From: Candidatus Poribacteria bacterium
GTDB lineage: Bacteria; Poribacteria; WGA-4E; WGA-3G
Direction: 5' to 3'
DNA length: 64,000 bases
Assembly (NCBI GenBank): GCA_965208735.1
Contig: CBDBPM010000002.1
Location: 3,699,687-3,763,686 of the forward strand
Shown here: positions 1 to 9,512 of the stretch, piece by piece
Numbering within the stretch: the stretch's first letter is position 1
Layout of the letters: each line of letters opens with the position of its first letter
Notes under the pieces: generated by a model
What the model was told of the DNA's origin: nothing
Databases searched by the model: none
What the model saw: the letters and a program-made list of their open reading frames with translations, nothing else
Program-made: the position numbers and the translations under genes

Positions 1-388
1 GGATGTCAACAAGCAGAGTTCCGAGTTCTTGCAACTGTTTTAAATTCACCAAACGCCCATTGATATGGCAGCGACTTCTACCGTTCGCACTGATTTGCCT
101 TGAAAGAATCACCACATCGGATGGGTCTAACAGGTCGTTAAATGCAAAATCAGTGTGCCACATCGGATGCGTATCGTCAGGTGCGACACTCGCTTCTACT
201 TTTGCAAAATCGGCACCTTCGCGTACTATGTCGGCGGAGGCTCTCTCACCTAACACCAATCCAATTGACTTGAGGATAACCGATTTACCAGCACCTGTCT
301 CACCTGTAAAGATATTCAATCCGGATGCCAGTTCCAAGTCAAGTTCATCTATGAGGGCAATATTGCGGATAGAGAGTGTTTCTATCAT
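1..388 (-). CDS. recN: DNA repair protein RecN, N-terminal part; the gene continues beyond the window start
   Basis: Reverse-complement translation from the ATG at 388-386 gives MIETLSIRNIALIDELDLELASGLNIFTGETGAGKSVILKSIGLVLGERA..., the SMC-like Walker A N-terminus typical of RecN. It lies immediately downstream of nadK on the same strand, the classic nadK-recN arrangement. The + strand ORF 3-458 is its antisense. Confidence 0.8.
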   Translation of the reverse strand, partial: MIETLSIRNIALIDELDLELASGLNIFTGETGAGKSVILKSIGLVLGERASADIVREGADFAKVEASVAPDDTHPMWHTDFAFNDLLDPSDVVILSRQISANGRSRCHINGRLVNLKQLQELGTLLVDI

Positions 389-487
389 TAGTTGTCAGTT
401 ATCAGTTTTCAGTTGCCAGAAAGAGGGTATCGTTGTAGAACACCCTTTCAGCAATTGATATTCCTGTTGATTACTGCGGACTATTGC

Positions 488-1498
488 TCATATCCCTTTG
501 ATTCTTTCACCCAACATTAGTTTTTCACGCAAGGCTCTGTAGTAACTATGATGTTGCGAACGGATAAGTTGAATTGTCCGTTCTGCTCTCTCTACTTTTA
601 TGACCGCGCCTGCAGTGAGGCTGTGCGTCTCGCGCTGGCCATCTACAAAAACATCGACGCTCTGATACGCGGCACGCATCTTGACGGTTATCTCAGCATT
701 ACCATCAGCGATAAACGGACGTACGGTCAAACTATGCGGTGCTATAGGTGTCAGAAGGATCGCCTCTAACTGCGGTGCAACGATAGTGCCAGCACAAGAG
801 AGCGAATATCCAGTCGAACCACTCGGCGTTGCGATTATCAATCCATCAGCATTATACGGTATAAAGAGTTCGTCGTCAATATACGCGTCTAATTCAATGA
901 GACGCGTATAGTGCCGAATAACAACATCATTGAGCGCGAAAGCTCGGAACGTTTTTTTTAATTTTCCTTGCGGTTCGGTAAAGTGGGTTTCGGCCTTCAC
1001 GTTCCTGTCCGTATATCCGCCCTCCATTTCATTACGGGCTATGGTTTTATTAGAATCTGCAATTTCTTCTTCCGATTCGGTCAGGTCTACTTGGGGCTGC
1101 CCATCCACAACGACTTCTAACATCATACGATGCTCTATCCTATAGTCTCCCGCCAAGGTCGCCTTCAAAGTCGGATAGAGTTGATCAAGCGAGGCATCCG
1201 TCAAAAACCCAAGCGTCCCAATATTAATCGCTAAGATAGGCACATTCTCAATCTCTGATGTATGTGCTGCGCTCAGTAGTGTGCCATCTCCACCCAGAAC
1301 GAGAAGCATATCCGCTTCTTCAACGACCTCCGTTTTGGAGATACCGGTTTGTGGATACCCTAATTCGACGGCTTGTTCCTCTGGCAGCAGCGGGATAATT
1401 CCGCGTTCTTTTAGCCACGTAGACACATCTTTAACGATACCTGCTGCGTTCGCTTTGGTCGTATTGACAAAGAAACCGACTGTTTTTATTTTTTTCAT
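488..1498 (-). CDS. nadK: NAD(+) kinase
   Basis: GGDGTLL motif, NIGTLGFL, DGLIIATPSGSTGYSLSAGG. At 336 aa it is longer than usual because of an acidic insertion (about 45 aa) in the middle. Confidence 0.85.
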   Translation of the reverse strand: MKKIKTVGFFVNTTKANAAGIVKDVSTWLKERGIIPLLPEEQAVELGYPQTGISKTEVVEEADMLLVLGGDGTLLSAAHTSEIENVPILAINIGTLGFLTDASLDQLYPTLKATLAGDYRIEHRMMLEVVVDGQPQVDLTESEEEIADSNKTIARNEMEGGYTDRNVKAETHFTEPQGKLKKTFRAFALNDVVIRHYTRLIELDAYIDDELFIPYNADGLIIATPSGSTGYSLSCAGTIVAPQLEAILLTPIAPHSLTVRPFIADGNAEITVKMRAAYQSVDVFVDGQRETHSLTAGAVIKVERAERTIQLIRSQHHSYYRALREKLMLGERIKGI

Positions 1499-1541
1499 CT
1501 CGTCATGCGAAAGGGTTTGCTATTAGAAAAAAGATCGTCCT

Positions 1542-2675
1542 TTAATTCTCCAAGCGTGTAAATAAAAGAATAACGCCACCGCCGACGAGAAAAGCCCCCA
1601 CAGTGATGAGCAGGTTCATATCAAGCTGCGGTAATATGTAAGCGGTATCTATGCGTTCCCCGTCAATCATTGCGAACTCGCGGAAGGGCCATAATCCGTA
1701 AAGTGAACCCACCATCAATCCGATCAGAAAGGCAACTGTGAGATTGCGGTACCGTTCCAATAAATAGTTGAGCAACCGTGTAAATGCCAGAAGTCCAAAC
1801 AGACATCCGAGCGCAGCAAAAGCGAGTATCAGAACACTTCCTAACATCGCCTCGCTTAAAGTACTACCATTGATCAACCCTGGAACACCCTCTATCAGCG
1901 TATTTATCGCCGTTAAAAGCGGGAAATAGACCCCGAGTGCAAGCATCAGAAAAGAACCGCTAATACCGGGCAGGATCATCGCTGAAATTGCGAGTACCCC
2001 GCTTCCGAAAAAGAGCCCGAGTTCCCAATACGTTGGAAACCCATCTGTGTGTCCTTTATTGTTATCCATCACTGCCGCGTTCTCGGTTTTATGGGCAACC
2101 CGTTCTAATTGCTGTTCGCCTGTACCGATAGAGAGGCTTAATATCAGGGCAACGGCAATCAATAGGACTAACAATTCCTTCCAGCCGAACGCTTTTAGCA
2201 TTCGCAACGGAACGAGAATAGATGTTAAAATCAAACCGCTAAAGAAGCCATAAGTCGCGTCATGATGATTGTTCAGCAGATAGACAATCAGTTTCGACGT
2301 AAGCAATAGGGCAGCGATCGCGCCGATGCCTAACAGTGCCAGAAAGCCGAAGTCAATACGGCGAAGCTCGGCTCCTGCTTCCGTGAAGGCAGATTTTTTG
2401 AATCTTAGTACCCCAAGTAATTTTTTAACCGTTGAAAGCCCGATACACCGTAATGCGCCAATGAGTCGCTCATAGATACCTAAAACGAGTGCAAGGGTCC
2501 CGCCACTCATACCGGGGATAATATTAGCAATACCTATCAGAAATCCGTTAACAAGAAGTCGGAGTGAATTCATATTTTGGTTGTCGGTTGTCCCATCTGA
2601 CGAACCGTCGTTAATGCCAACAATCTCACTGGCGAATTCAGACGCTGTAACTCGGTAGCAGCAGGCAGGTTTCAT
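1542..2675 (-). CDS. Polytopic membrane protein, DUF368-like, with two PGxSGG/PGISGS half-repeats
   Basis: Hydrophobic 377 aa ORF with an internal duplication carrying IPGMSGGT and LPGISGSF motifs that resemble the PGxSRSG repeats of the DUF368/UppP-like fold. The N-terminal roughly 35 residues are hydrophilic, so the true start may be the downstream Met. Confidence 0.5.
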   Translation of the reverse strand: MKPACCYRVTASEFASEIVGINDGSSDGTTDNQNMNSLRLLVNGFLIGIANIIPGMSGGTLALVLGIYERLIGALRCIGLSTVKKLLGVLRFKKSAFTEAGAELRRIDFGFLALLGIGAIAALLLTSKLIVYLLNNHHDATYGFFSGLILTSILVPLRMLKAFGWKELLVLLIAVALILSLSIGTGEQQLERVAHKTENAAVMDNNKGHTDGFPTYWELGLFFGSGVLAISAMILPGISGSFLMLALGVYFPLLTAINTLIEGVPGLINGSTLSEAMLGSVLILAFAALGCLFGLLAFTRLLNYLLERYRNLTVAFLIGLMVGSLYGLWPFREFAMIDGERIDTAYILPQLDMNLLITVGAFLVGGGVILLFTRLEN

Positions 2676-3837
2676 GATTTTGGATAAATTATACTACAAA
2701 AATGATTTTCTGTCAAACGGTTATATGTGAATTCTATTAGTTCCAGAGGTTTTAAGTTATCGGTAGTGAGCATTAGAATTTTCAGTGTTATACATACTTT
2801 CTGAAAATGAACCGACCTCAATAAATTAACTGTCTGTTAACTTTATTTCACCGCCCAATAGCCTTGATTTTTAGACTGGAAATCTGATGATTTTATGAAC
2901 ATTTCATGAACATGCCATAAAAAATTGTTCACGATTCTTATCGGTGAATTTGTAAGGCTTTCAGACCGCTTGGTACATAGGTTTACGGAATTCTAAAATT
3001 CTGTATTTTCGGAATTTTCATGAACAATTGGGCAATATTTTTTTGAGAGAACTCTGCTTCAATGTGCCACAAATCTAATGGATACGGGAAATCACAGCAC
3101 TTGATAACTTCGGATTATTTTTAGGTTGTTCATAAAACGTAATTTTTATTTGTTACACTTTGTTAACTATTTGTTAATTCCAAAGGTAATTTCGCGCACT
3201 TAGAATTTCTCTCAAAAACTACAATATATATGATAACATATTTAATCTAATAAAATCAAATTTATTCAATAGGACAGGCTTGTTTATATAGCACCCGCCG
3301 GAGTGCAAGAGAGACCCCCTTTTTTCTATAGATATATTGCTCTGCTGGAGCAAAAAGATTTGTTGATAGATATGGGTTTCTCGTGTCAGAAGTGCGATAT
3401 TGCTTCGCAGTGGGAATGTCAATGTAGGGATTCTTGTGGTAGGCGGAACGATAGGTGTATAAACCTTTTCGATTTCCCTTTTGACAAGATATTTACATAT
3501 CCATCTGACAGGGTAACATCTGACACAATTGTATCCATCGGACAGCCCCTAATTTTCGCTTGCAATTTACTATGAATTTGTATATAATACTTCACATAGA
3601 TTTATGATTGAGAAGAAATAAAATAGTAGGAAATTACGGTAATGTCGATTCCTTTGGTGTTAGGAGCAATGTTTGGAACAACTCGCTTTCTGCATTGTAG
3701 CACGAAGAAACATCTGACTGACGGTGAGGATTTGCTTGCCTATTGGGAAGGTGTAACTGGTTTTATTTTTCTACCGTTCAATATTTAAATGGGGATGCTT
3801 TATATTCAAATCTTAAAATTTGCTCTGGGAGGTAGGC

Positions 3838-6708
3838 ATGAGACAAACTGTCGCCGTTAAAGGCGCGCGAGAAAACAATCTACAAAACATTGAACTTGAG
3901 ATTCCGCGGGACCAACTCGTCGTCGTTACTGGCATCAGCGGTTCGGGTAAATCTTCATTGGCATTTGATACTGTTTATGCAGAAGGACAGCGCCGATTTC
4001 TGGAATCGATGTCCACGTACGCTAAACGCTTTATTACACAACTCAAAAAGCCAGATGTTGATTTCATTGATGGCTTGTCCCCTGTTGTCTCTATTGAACA
4101 GAAAACAATTACGATGAACCCGCGCTCCACTGTTGGGACAATGACCGATTTGCAGGACTATCTCCGTATGCTCTTTGCAACGATCGGTGTTGCGCATTGC
4201 CCCTATTGTGAAGTCGAGATTCCTATCCGTTCACACTATCAGATATTGGAACGGATGCTCTCTCTGCCAGAAGACACTGAGGTAGAGATTCACGCGCCAG
4301 TCTTCAAAATCTACGGTGAAGATTACGATTACCTTTTTGACGACATTCGCACGAAAGGATGCAGACACGTCAAAATTGACGGTATTGAACACGACATCAG
4401 CGAGGAAATTGAACTCGATCCAGATCAAGAGTACGATCTCCAAGTGATTGTTGACAAATTCTATGTCAAAAAGGATATTGATAAACAGGTGCTCGCCTCC
4501 CTTGAACACGCGATGCTCGTAGGCGAAGGGTTCATGCGTTTTGATGTCCAGTTTCCCGAAGATGCCGAAGCAGACGCGATACAGTTGTTGGAAGGTTTCG
4601 GATGTCCGAAACACGGCATAATCATGGCTGAACTCGGAGCGCATCATTTTACCTTTAACGAACCGACGGGCGCGTGTGTAACCTGCTCGGGACTTGGCAC
4701 CTACTTACAGGTACACCCAAACCTACTCGTCCCCGACAGGACACGGAGTATTGCCGATGGCGCGTTCGTCCACCAAGCATTCAACTACGACCCAGATAGA
4801 TGGGATGGCAGGACAATGTACAGCCTCGCTGCCCACTATGAGTTTGACCTCGACACGCCTTTTGCAGAACTTCCGGAAGCGGTTATTGATATCCTCTATT
4901 ATGGCACACACGGCGAAGAATTCCCGATCCGACAACCCGAAGGCGCGAAACCTGTTGAAAAACGCCACCTCGGTCGGAAAATCCGTTTCGACGGGATTAT
5001 TACCCGAATTGATAGACACTATCGCCGCTACCGAAAACAGGGCGAGGCGCACTCCGGTATGGAGGAATATCTCCGAAAAGTGATGGTAGAGCGCACCTGT
5101 CCCGATTGCAACGGTGCCAAGCTCAAGCGACAGCGGCTCCTTGTTACTATTGACGGCCAAACCATCCACGAAGTCGGTGAATTACACTTTGAAGAACTGA
5201 GAGATTTTCTGCTAAGTATTAAAGGTGTTCCCGAAAAACAGCGAGAAGCCGGCAAGCGCGTCATTAATGAACTTGTGACGCGGATTAACCTCCTCCTCGG
5301 CATCGGACTCGATTATCTCAACCTCAATCGTCGTGCCGCAACGCTCTCCGGCGGGGAATCGCAGCGTATCCGTCTCTCCACACAGATCGGATCCGGGTTG
5401 ATGGGTATGCTCTATGTCCTTGATGAACCGAGTATCGGTTTGCATCCAAAGGACAACGCTAAGATGATTGAGACCTTACGGAAACTACGGGACATCGGCA
5501 ACACCGTTATCGTCGTTGAACACGATGAAAGCACAATTCGCGCCGCAGATCATATTATTGAACTCGGACCGGGACCCGGTGTCCACGGCGGGCAGGTCGT
5601 CGTTCAAGGTGAACTTAAAACGGTACTTGACTGCCCTGAATCTTTGACAGGTCTCTATTTGAGTGGAAGACAAGAGATCCCAATGCCAGAAGAACGCCGC
5701 GGCTTAAACGGTAAGTTCCTAAGTATTACTGGTGCCAGAGAAAACAACCTCAGAAGCATTGATGTGGATATTCCGGTGGGTGTCTTTATCTGCGTTACCG
5801 GTGCTTCCGGTTCTGGCAAGAGTACCCTCGTCAACGAGATTCTCTATAAGAGATTACATTCTATCTATCATGACAGTCGGACGCTCTACGGTACACACGA
5901 TGAACTTGAAGGGCACGAACACGTCAGCGATGTGATTAGCATCGATCAGTCACCCATCGGGCGTTCCGCGCGTTCTAATCCTGCCACATACATCAAGTTT
6001 TACGATAATATTCGTAAACTCTTTGCCAGCACGCCTCTTTCACTCTCAAGAGGTTATACCGCCTCACGATTCAGTTTCAACGTCAAAGGTGGACGGTGTG
6101 AAGAGTGCCACGGTGAAGGCACAATCACCACGCAGCTTCACTTTATGCCGGATGTTGAGGTCGTTTGTCCGACCTGTAAAGGCGCACGTTACAATGAAGA
6201 TACGCTTGACGTTACTTACAACGGCAAGAATATCTCTGATATCCTTAATATGTCAATTGAGGAGGGCGTTGAGTTCTTCGCCGATCAACGACTGATTAAC
6301 CATAAATTGAGTGTCTTGAACCAACTCGGTATGGGGTATCTCCAGATCGGACACCCTGCTACGATCCTCTCCGGTGGTGAAGCACAGCGGATAAAGTTGG
6401 CAAGCGAACTCGGCAAACTCAAGTATGGCAAGCACAATCTCTATATTTTGGATGAACCGACCACCGGACTTCACCTCGCGGATGTACAGAAACTCTTGGA
6501 CAGCCTTAACCGTCTCGTCGATAACGGACATACTGTGCTTGTGATTGAGCATCATCTGGATGTCATCAAAACTGCAGATTACGTCATCGACCTCGGTCCT
6601 GAGGGCGGACATAAAGGTGGGGAAGTATTGGCGCACGGCACCCCTGAAGAGGTCGCAGCAGTTGAAGCCTCCTTCACGGGGCAATTTTTGAAGGAATATC
6701 TTATCTGA
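3838..6708 (+). CDS. uvrA: Excinuclease ABC subunit A
   Basis: Two ABC ATPase modules ([22 protein letters not shown] and [13 protein letters not shown]), zinc-finger Cys clusters and LSGGE signature motifs, about 956 aa. Start refined to the ATG at 3838, which is preceded by GGGAGGTAGGC. Confidence 0.9.
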   Translation: MRQTVAVKGARENNLQNIELEIPRDQLVVVTGISGSGKSSLAFDTVYAEGQRRFLESMSTYAKRFITQLKKPDVDFIDGLSPVVSIEQKTITMNPRSTVGTMTDLQDYLRMLFATIGVAHCPYCEVEIPIRSHYQILERMLSLPEDTEVEIHAPVFKIYGEDYDYLFDDIRTKGCRHVKIDGIEHDISEEIELDPDQEYDLQVIVDKFYVKKDIDKQVLASLEHAMLVGEGFMRFDVQFPEDAEADAIQLLEGFGCPKHGIIMAELGAHHFTFNEPTGACVTCSGLGTYLQVHPNLLVPDRTRSIADGAFVHQAFNYDPDRWDGRTMYSLAAHYEFDLDTPFAELPEAVIDILYYGTHGEEFPIRQPEGAKPVEKRHLGRKIRFDGIITRIDRHYRRYRKQGEAHSGMEEYLRKVMVERTCPDCNGAKLKRQRLLVTIDGQTIHEVGELHFEELRDFLLSIKGVPEKQREAGKRVINELVTRINLLLGIGLDYLNLNRRAATLSGGESQRIRLSTQIGSGLMGMLYVLDEPSIGLHPKDNAKMIETLRKLRDIGNTVIVVEHDESTIRAADHIIELGPGPGVHGGQVVVQGELKTVLDCPESLTGLYLSGRQEIPMPEERRGLNGKFLSITGARENNLRSIDVDIPVGVFICVTGASGSGKSTLVNEILYKRLHSIYHDSRTLYGTHDELEGHEHVSDVISIDQSPIGRSARSNPATYIKFYDNIRKLFASTPLSLSRGYTASRFSFNVKGGRCEECHGEGTITTQLHFMPDVEVVCPTCKGARYNEDTLDVTYNGKNISDILNMSIEEGVEFFADQRLINHKLSVLNQLGMGYLQIGHPATILSGGEAQRIKLASELGKLKYGKHNLYILDEPTTGLHLADVQKLLDSLNRLVDNGHTVLVIEHHLDVIKTADYVIDLGPEGGHKGGEVLAHGTPEEVAAVEASFTGQFLKEYLI

Positions 6709-6729
6709 TTTATGATCAGGTGATGCAAA

Positions 6730-6912
6730 ATGAGCAAAGACGTGTTTGATGGATTCAATGTGAACATATTTCTTGATGAGGACGGCGATTACTTGGCACA
6801 TTTTGTTGAGATGCCCAATGTATCGGCATTTTCAGATACACCCGAAGGGGTATTAACGGAACTCGCGATCGCTTGGAAAGGTGTAAAAGAAATAGGACTT
6901 ACGCATTTTTGA
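6730..6912 (+). CDS. Small HicB-like (UPF0150 fold) antitoxin-like protein, orphan
   Basis: The 60 aa sequence FNVNIFLDEDGDYLAHFVEMPNVSAFSDTPEGVLTELAIAWKGVKE matches the HicB N-terminal/UPF0150 pattern (edDGgyva.vpdlPGc.sqGdT.EEAl.n..eAi). No HicA-like partner ORF is adjacent. Confidence 0.4.
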   Translation: MSKDVFDGFNVNIFLDEDGDYLAHFVEMPNVSAFSDTPEGVLTELAIAWKGVKEIGLTHF

Positions 6913-7487
6913 CTGCCTCCCGTTCTGTTAGATGAGCATTTTCGGAAAACACAGCGTTCTGGTGGCACAAACTAAGAAGTTTGTGCTACAAAAGAGCAGC
7001 AGGCGTCCGTCCTACCTCTGTCAAATAAGGCGCGAGTCGGGTCTATAGGCAGCTCTGCGCGTTTCAGAGTTTTTCAGAGTATTCAGAGTCAACGCTGAAG
7101 TTCGTTTGGTTTTGCAAAGGTTGTAAACATACACTATGACTACTTTCTGTGCGTTTTCCGCATACGGTGCTCAGAAGTTTACTCTGAAAATTTTGTATTT
7201 GGCGAAGGCATGTTCTTTCTGGTGAATGTGAACGCGAAGTGAACGCTAAAAAAGATCTATGCTTTCAGAGTTTATACGTTTGTTAATATTTTGTTGCGAT
7301 GTCAAAGAGATTATGCTGAATCCCCCTCTCTATATTATCGTCCGTTAAGTGTTCATGAAGTGGGTATCGTTCACAGGTTTCGTAATTCAGGTGGAGGGAG
7401 GCGAGGAAGCTGCGTAAGTCCTAAATAAATGACAACTTGCGTTATTTTATTCAGAGGAAAAGCCACGCGAGTTTTTAAGGAAAAGCT

Positions 7488-9311
7488 ATGAAAAACGTCC
7501 TAATTATTGCCTTCTTGCTAATCTCAATTCTGTTTTCTCTAAGTGGATTTGCTCAGAATTACATGAAGTGGGGACTACCTGAACATGCTATACTTCGTCT
7601 TGGGAAAGGGCAAATTTACGACCTAAAGCATTCGCCAAATGGCAACCTGATTGCAGTAGCAACCTCTATAGGCGTTTGGATATATGATGCTCATTCTGGC
7701 AAAGAAATTAGATTGTTTCAAAAGCACGGTTATGAGGTTCATTCAGTGGCATTCTCGCCAAATGGCAAAATGCTGGCAAGTTCCGGTTCCGATGGTATCC
7801 ATCTTTGGGATCCCTCCACCGGTCAACATTTAACTACTCTTAAAGATAATGCACCGAGCGGTACAAAGAATTTGGTATTTTTTTCCCCTGATGGACGAAC
7901 ACTGGTTAGTACAAGGGATAAAATAATTAGATTTTGGGATGTGGTTAATAAGACTGTTTCTAAAACCCTTACAGGGCATACATGGCAAATTTTGTCGCTC
8001 GCTGTTTCACCAAACGGAAAAACTGTAGTTAGTGGATCTTCGATCATTGGTGAGAAACCACAGAGTAATGCCCTGCGTTGGTGGGATGTTGAAACTGGAA
8101 GAATGTTGTTTTTTTCAACAGCCATGGATTCAGCAGTTACTGCTCTGGCGTTTTCGCCTAATGGAAAGATACTAGCTTGCGCGAATAGCTTGTCGGAAAA
8201 TCCAAACATCTATTTATTTGATGGTGTTAGCGGTGAGATATTAAGGACGCTGCCCGAACTCCATGGTAAAACTATAAGCTTAGAATTTTCTCCTGATGGC
8301 AAAATGCTAGCCAGTACTGGATGGGATCGTACTATCCGCCTTTGGGATCCACACACTGGGCACCATATCCATACGTTTAGAGGATACGTAGGGTGGTTAT
8401 CGTTTTCGCCTGATGGTAAAACCCTTGTGAGTGGTGAGGATGGCGCAATCCGGTTTTGGGATACATCAACGAAACAACAGCGTTTTAGTGTCTCTGGTCA
8501 CTGGAATAGTATAGGTGCGTTGACGTTTTCACCCGATAGTAAAATGCTAATCAGTGGTGGTTATGAAACTTCCATGATTCAGAAATGGGATGTATCTACG
8601 GGCGAACTCATGTCTACCTTAACACTAAATAGAGAACTTATTTTGGCTTTTAATGCGAAACGCGGTTTATGTGCTAGCGTAAACATTGATGCAGATCCTA
8701 ATAAAATTCATATCCGTGACATTGATACCGGTCAACTTCGCGCTTCAATGGACTATCAGTTTCTCTCACCACGAATTTCAGGTGTTTCACCACTAACATT
8801 TTCACACGATGGAGAGACAATAATTGTTTTGAACGAACAAGAAATTGGTGAAAAACAGGTGTTGGAATTTTGGGATTTATGGCTTCATTCCGTTAACTTT
8901 CAGTTTGTGCCACATGAAAATGAAATTTTCAAATATTCTTATTCTACATATACTGAGGTTACGGCTCTTGCCTCTTCACCAGATAACACGCTTCTCGCTA
9001 CCGCTGTACGAGGTCGGGTTGCCCTTTGGAAGTTTGGCACCGACGAACTTATTCTGTCTTATCCTGAATTTGGTGGCCTTAGTTGCTATGCGTTGGCATT
9101 TTCCCCTGATAGCAAAATTCTTGCTGTCGGAGACTCTTTGGATATCCGTTTAATTGAAGTGGATACAGGAAATCTTATAACAACCGTGTCCAAACATAAC
9201 AACAGGGTTAAAGCGTTGGCATTTTCCGCTGATGGCAAAATTCTTGCGAGTGGAAGTCAGGACGGTACGATTTTGGTGTGGGACTTAGATAAAGTTATGA
9301 AGAGCCGGTAG
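7488..9311 (+). CDS. Secreted WD40-repeat beta-propeller protein
   Basis: N-terminal signal peptide (MKNVLIIAFLLISILFSLSGFAQ), followed by about 14 WD40 units that each carry an FSPDGK.LASG..D..I..WD motif. Confidence 0.8.
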   Translation: MKNVLIIAFLLISILFSLSGFAQNYMKWGLPEHAILRLGKGQIYDLKHSPNGNLIAVATSIGVWIYDAHSGKEIRLFQKHGYEVHSVAFSPNGKMLASSGSDGIHLWDPSTGQHLTTLKDNAPSGTKNLVFFSPDGRTLVSTRDKIIRFWDVVNKTVSKTLTGHTWQILSLAVSPNGKTVVSGSSIIGEKPQSNALRWWDVETGRMLFFSTAMDSAVTALAFSPNGKILACANSLSENPNIYLFDGVSGEILRTLPELHGKTISLEFSPDGKMLASTGWDRTIRLWDPHTGHHIHTFRGYVGWLSFSPDGKTLVSGEDGAIRFWDTSTKQQRFSVSGHWNSIGALTFSPDSKMLISGGYETSMIQKWDVSTGELMSTLTLNRELILAFNAKRGLCASVNIDADPNKIHIRDIDTGQLRASMDYQFLSPRISGVSPLTFSHDGETIIVLNEQEIGEKQVLEFWDLWLHSVNFQFVPHENEIFKYSYSTYTEVTALASSPDNTLLATAVRGRVALWKFGTDELILSYPEFGGLSCYALAFSPDSKILAVGDSLDIRLIEVDTGNLITTVSKHNNRVKALAFSADGKILASGSQDGTILVWDLDKVMKSR

Positions 9312-9374
9312 CTCTGATTCTGTATCCTCTTGAAGATGGTTTTAACGCCTAAATGTAGAAAGATGTGTTACATT

Positions 9375-9404
9375 GAATTTCCCCTTGCAAATTTAATTCC
9401 AAAT
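9375..9404 (+). promoter_or_regulatory. Candidate sigma70-type promoter for the uvrD/gatCA operon
   Basis: TTGCAA (9375-9380), an 18 nt spacer, then TATACT (9399-9404), about 110 nt upstream of the TTG start. Confidence 0.35.
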
Positions 9405-9512
9405 TGTGTATACTTTATAGCATGAAATTAGGGCACTGTACCAGCTGCTCGTGAATCTGTTACAGCACATTGGTATGTGCCTCTTTAAACACTGTGAGAC
9501 AAGGGGTAGAAC

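Noticed and set aside
3-458. 151 aa + strand ORF at the window start
   Set aside because: Low-complexity Ser/Ala-rich translation. It is the exact antisense of a clear RecN N-terminus on the minus strand (MIETLSIRNIALIDELDLELASGLNIFTGETGAGKS...), so it is treated as spurious.
3600-3837. SOS (LexA) box upstream of uvrA, and likewise upstream of recN at 389-487
   Set aside because: Neither a CTGT-N8-ACAG nor a GAAC-N4-GTTC (Cheo) type palindrome is present. GAACAACTCGC and GAACACCCTTTC are only half-sites. No call is made.
3955-6801. Multiple 60-180 aa ORFs antisense to or out of frame within uvrA (for example 4231-4647 -, 4723-5169 -, 6253-6801 -)
   Set aside because: They lie entirely inside the strongly supported uvrA reading frame and have no RBS or homology. 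These are typical shadow ORFs.
6913-7487. tRNA or other structured RNA genes in the larger intergenic regions (6913-7487, 19272-19710, 28592-29249, 45309-45708, 46705-47299, 59298-59526)
   Set aside because: No cloverleaf-compatible sequences are seen: no GTTCRANYC T-loop with a matching acceptor stem. The regions are explained by promoters and repeat elements.
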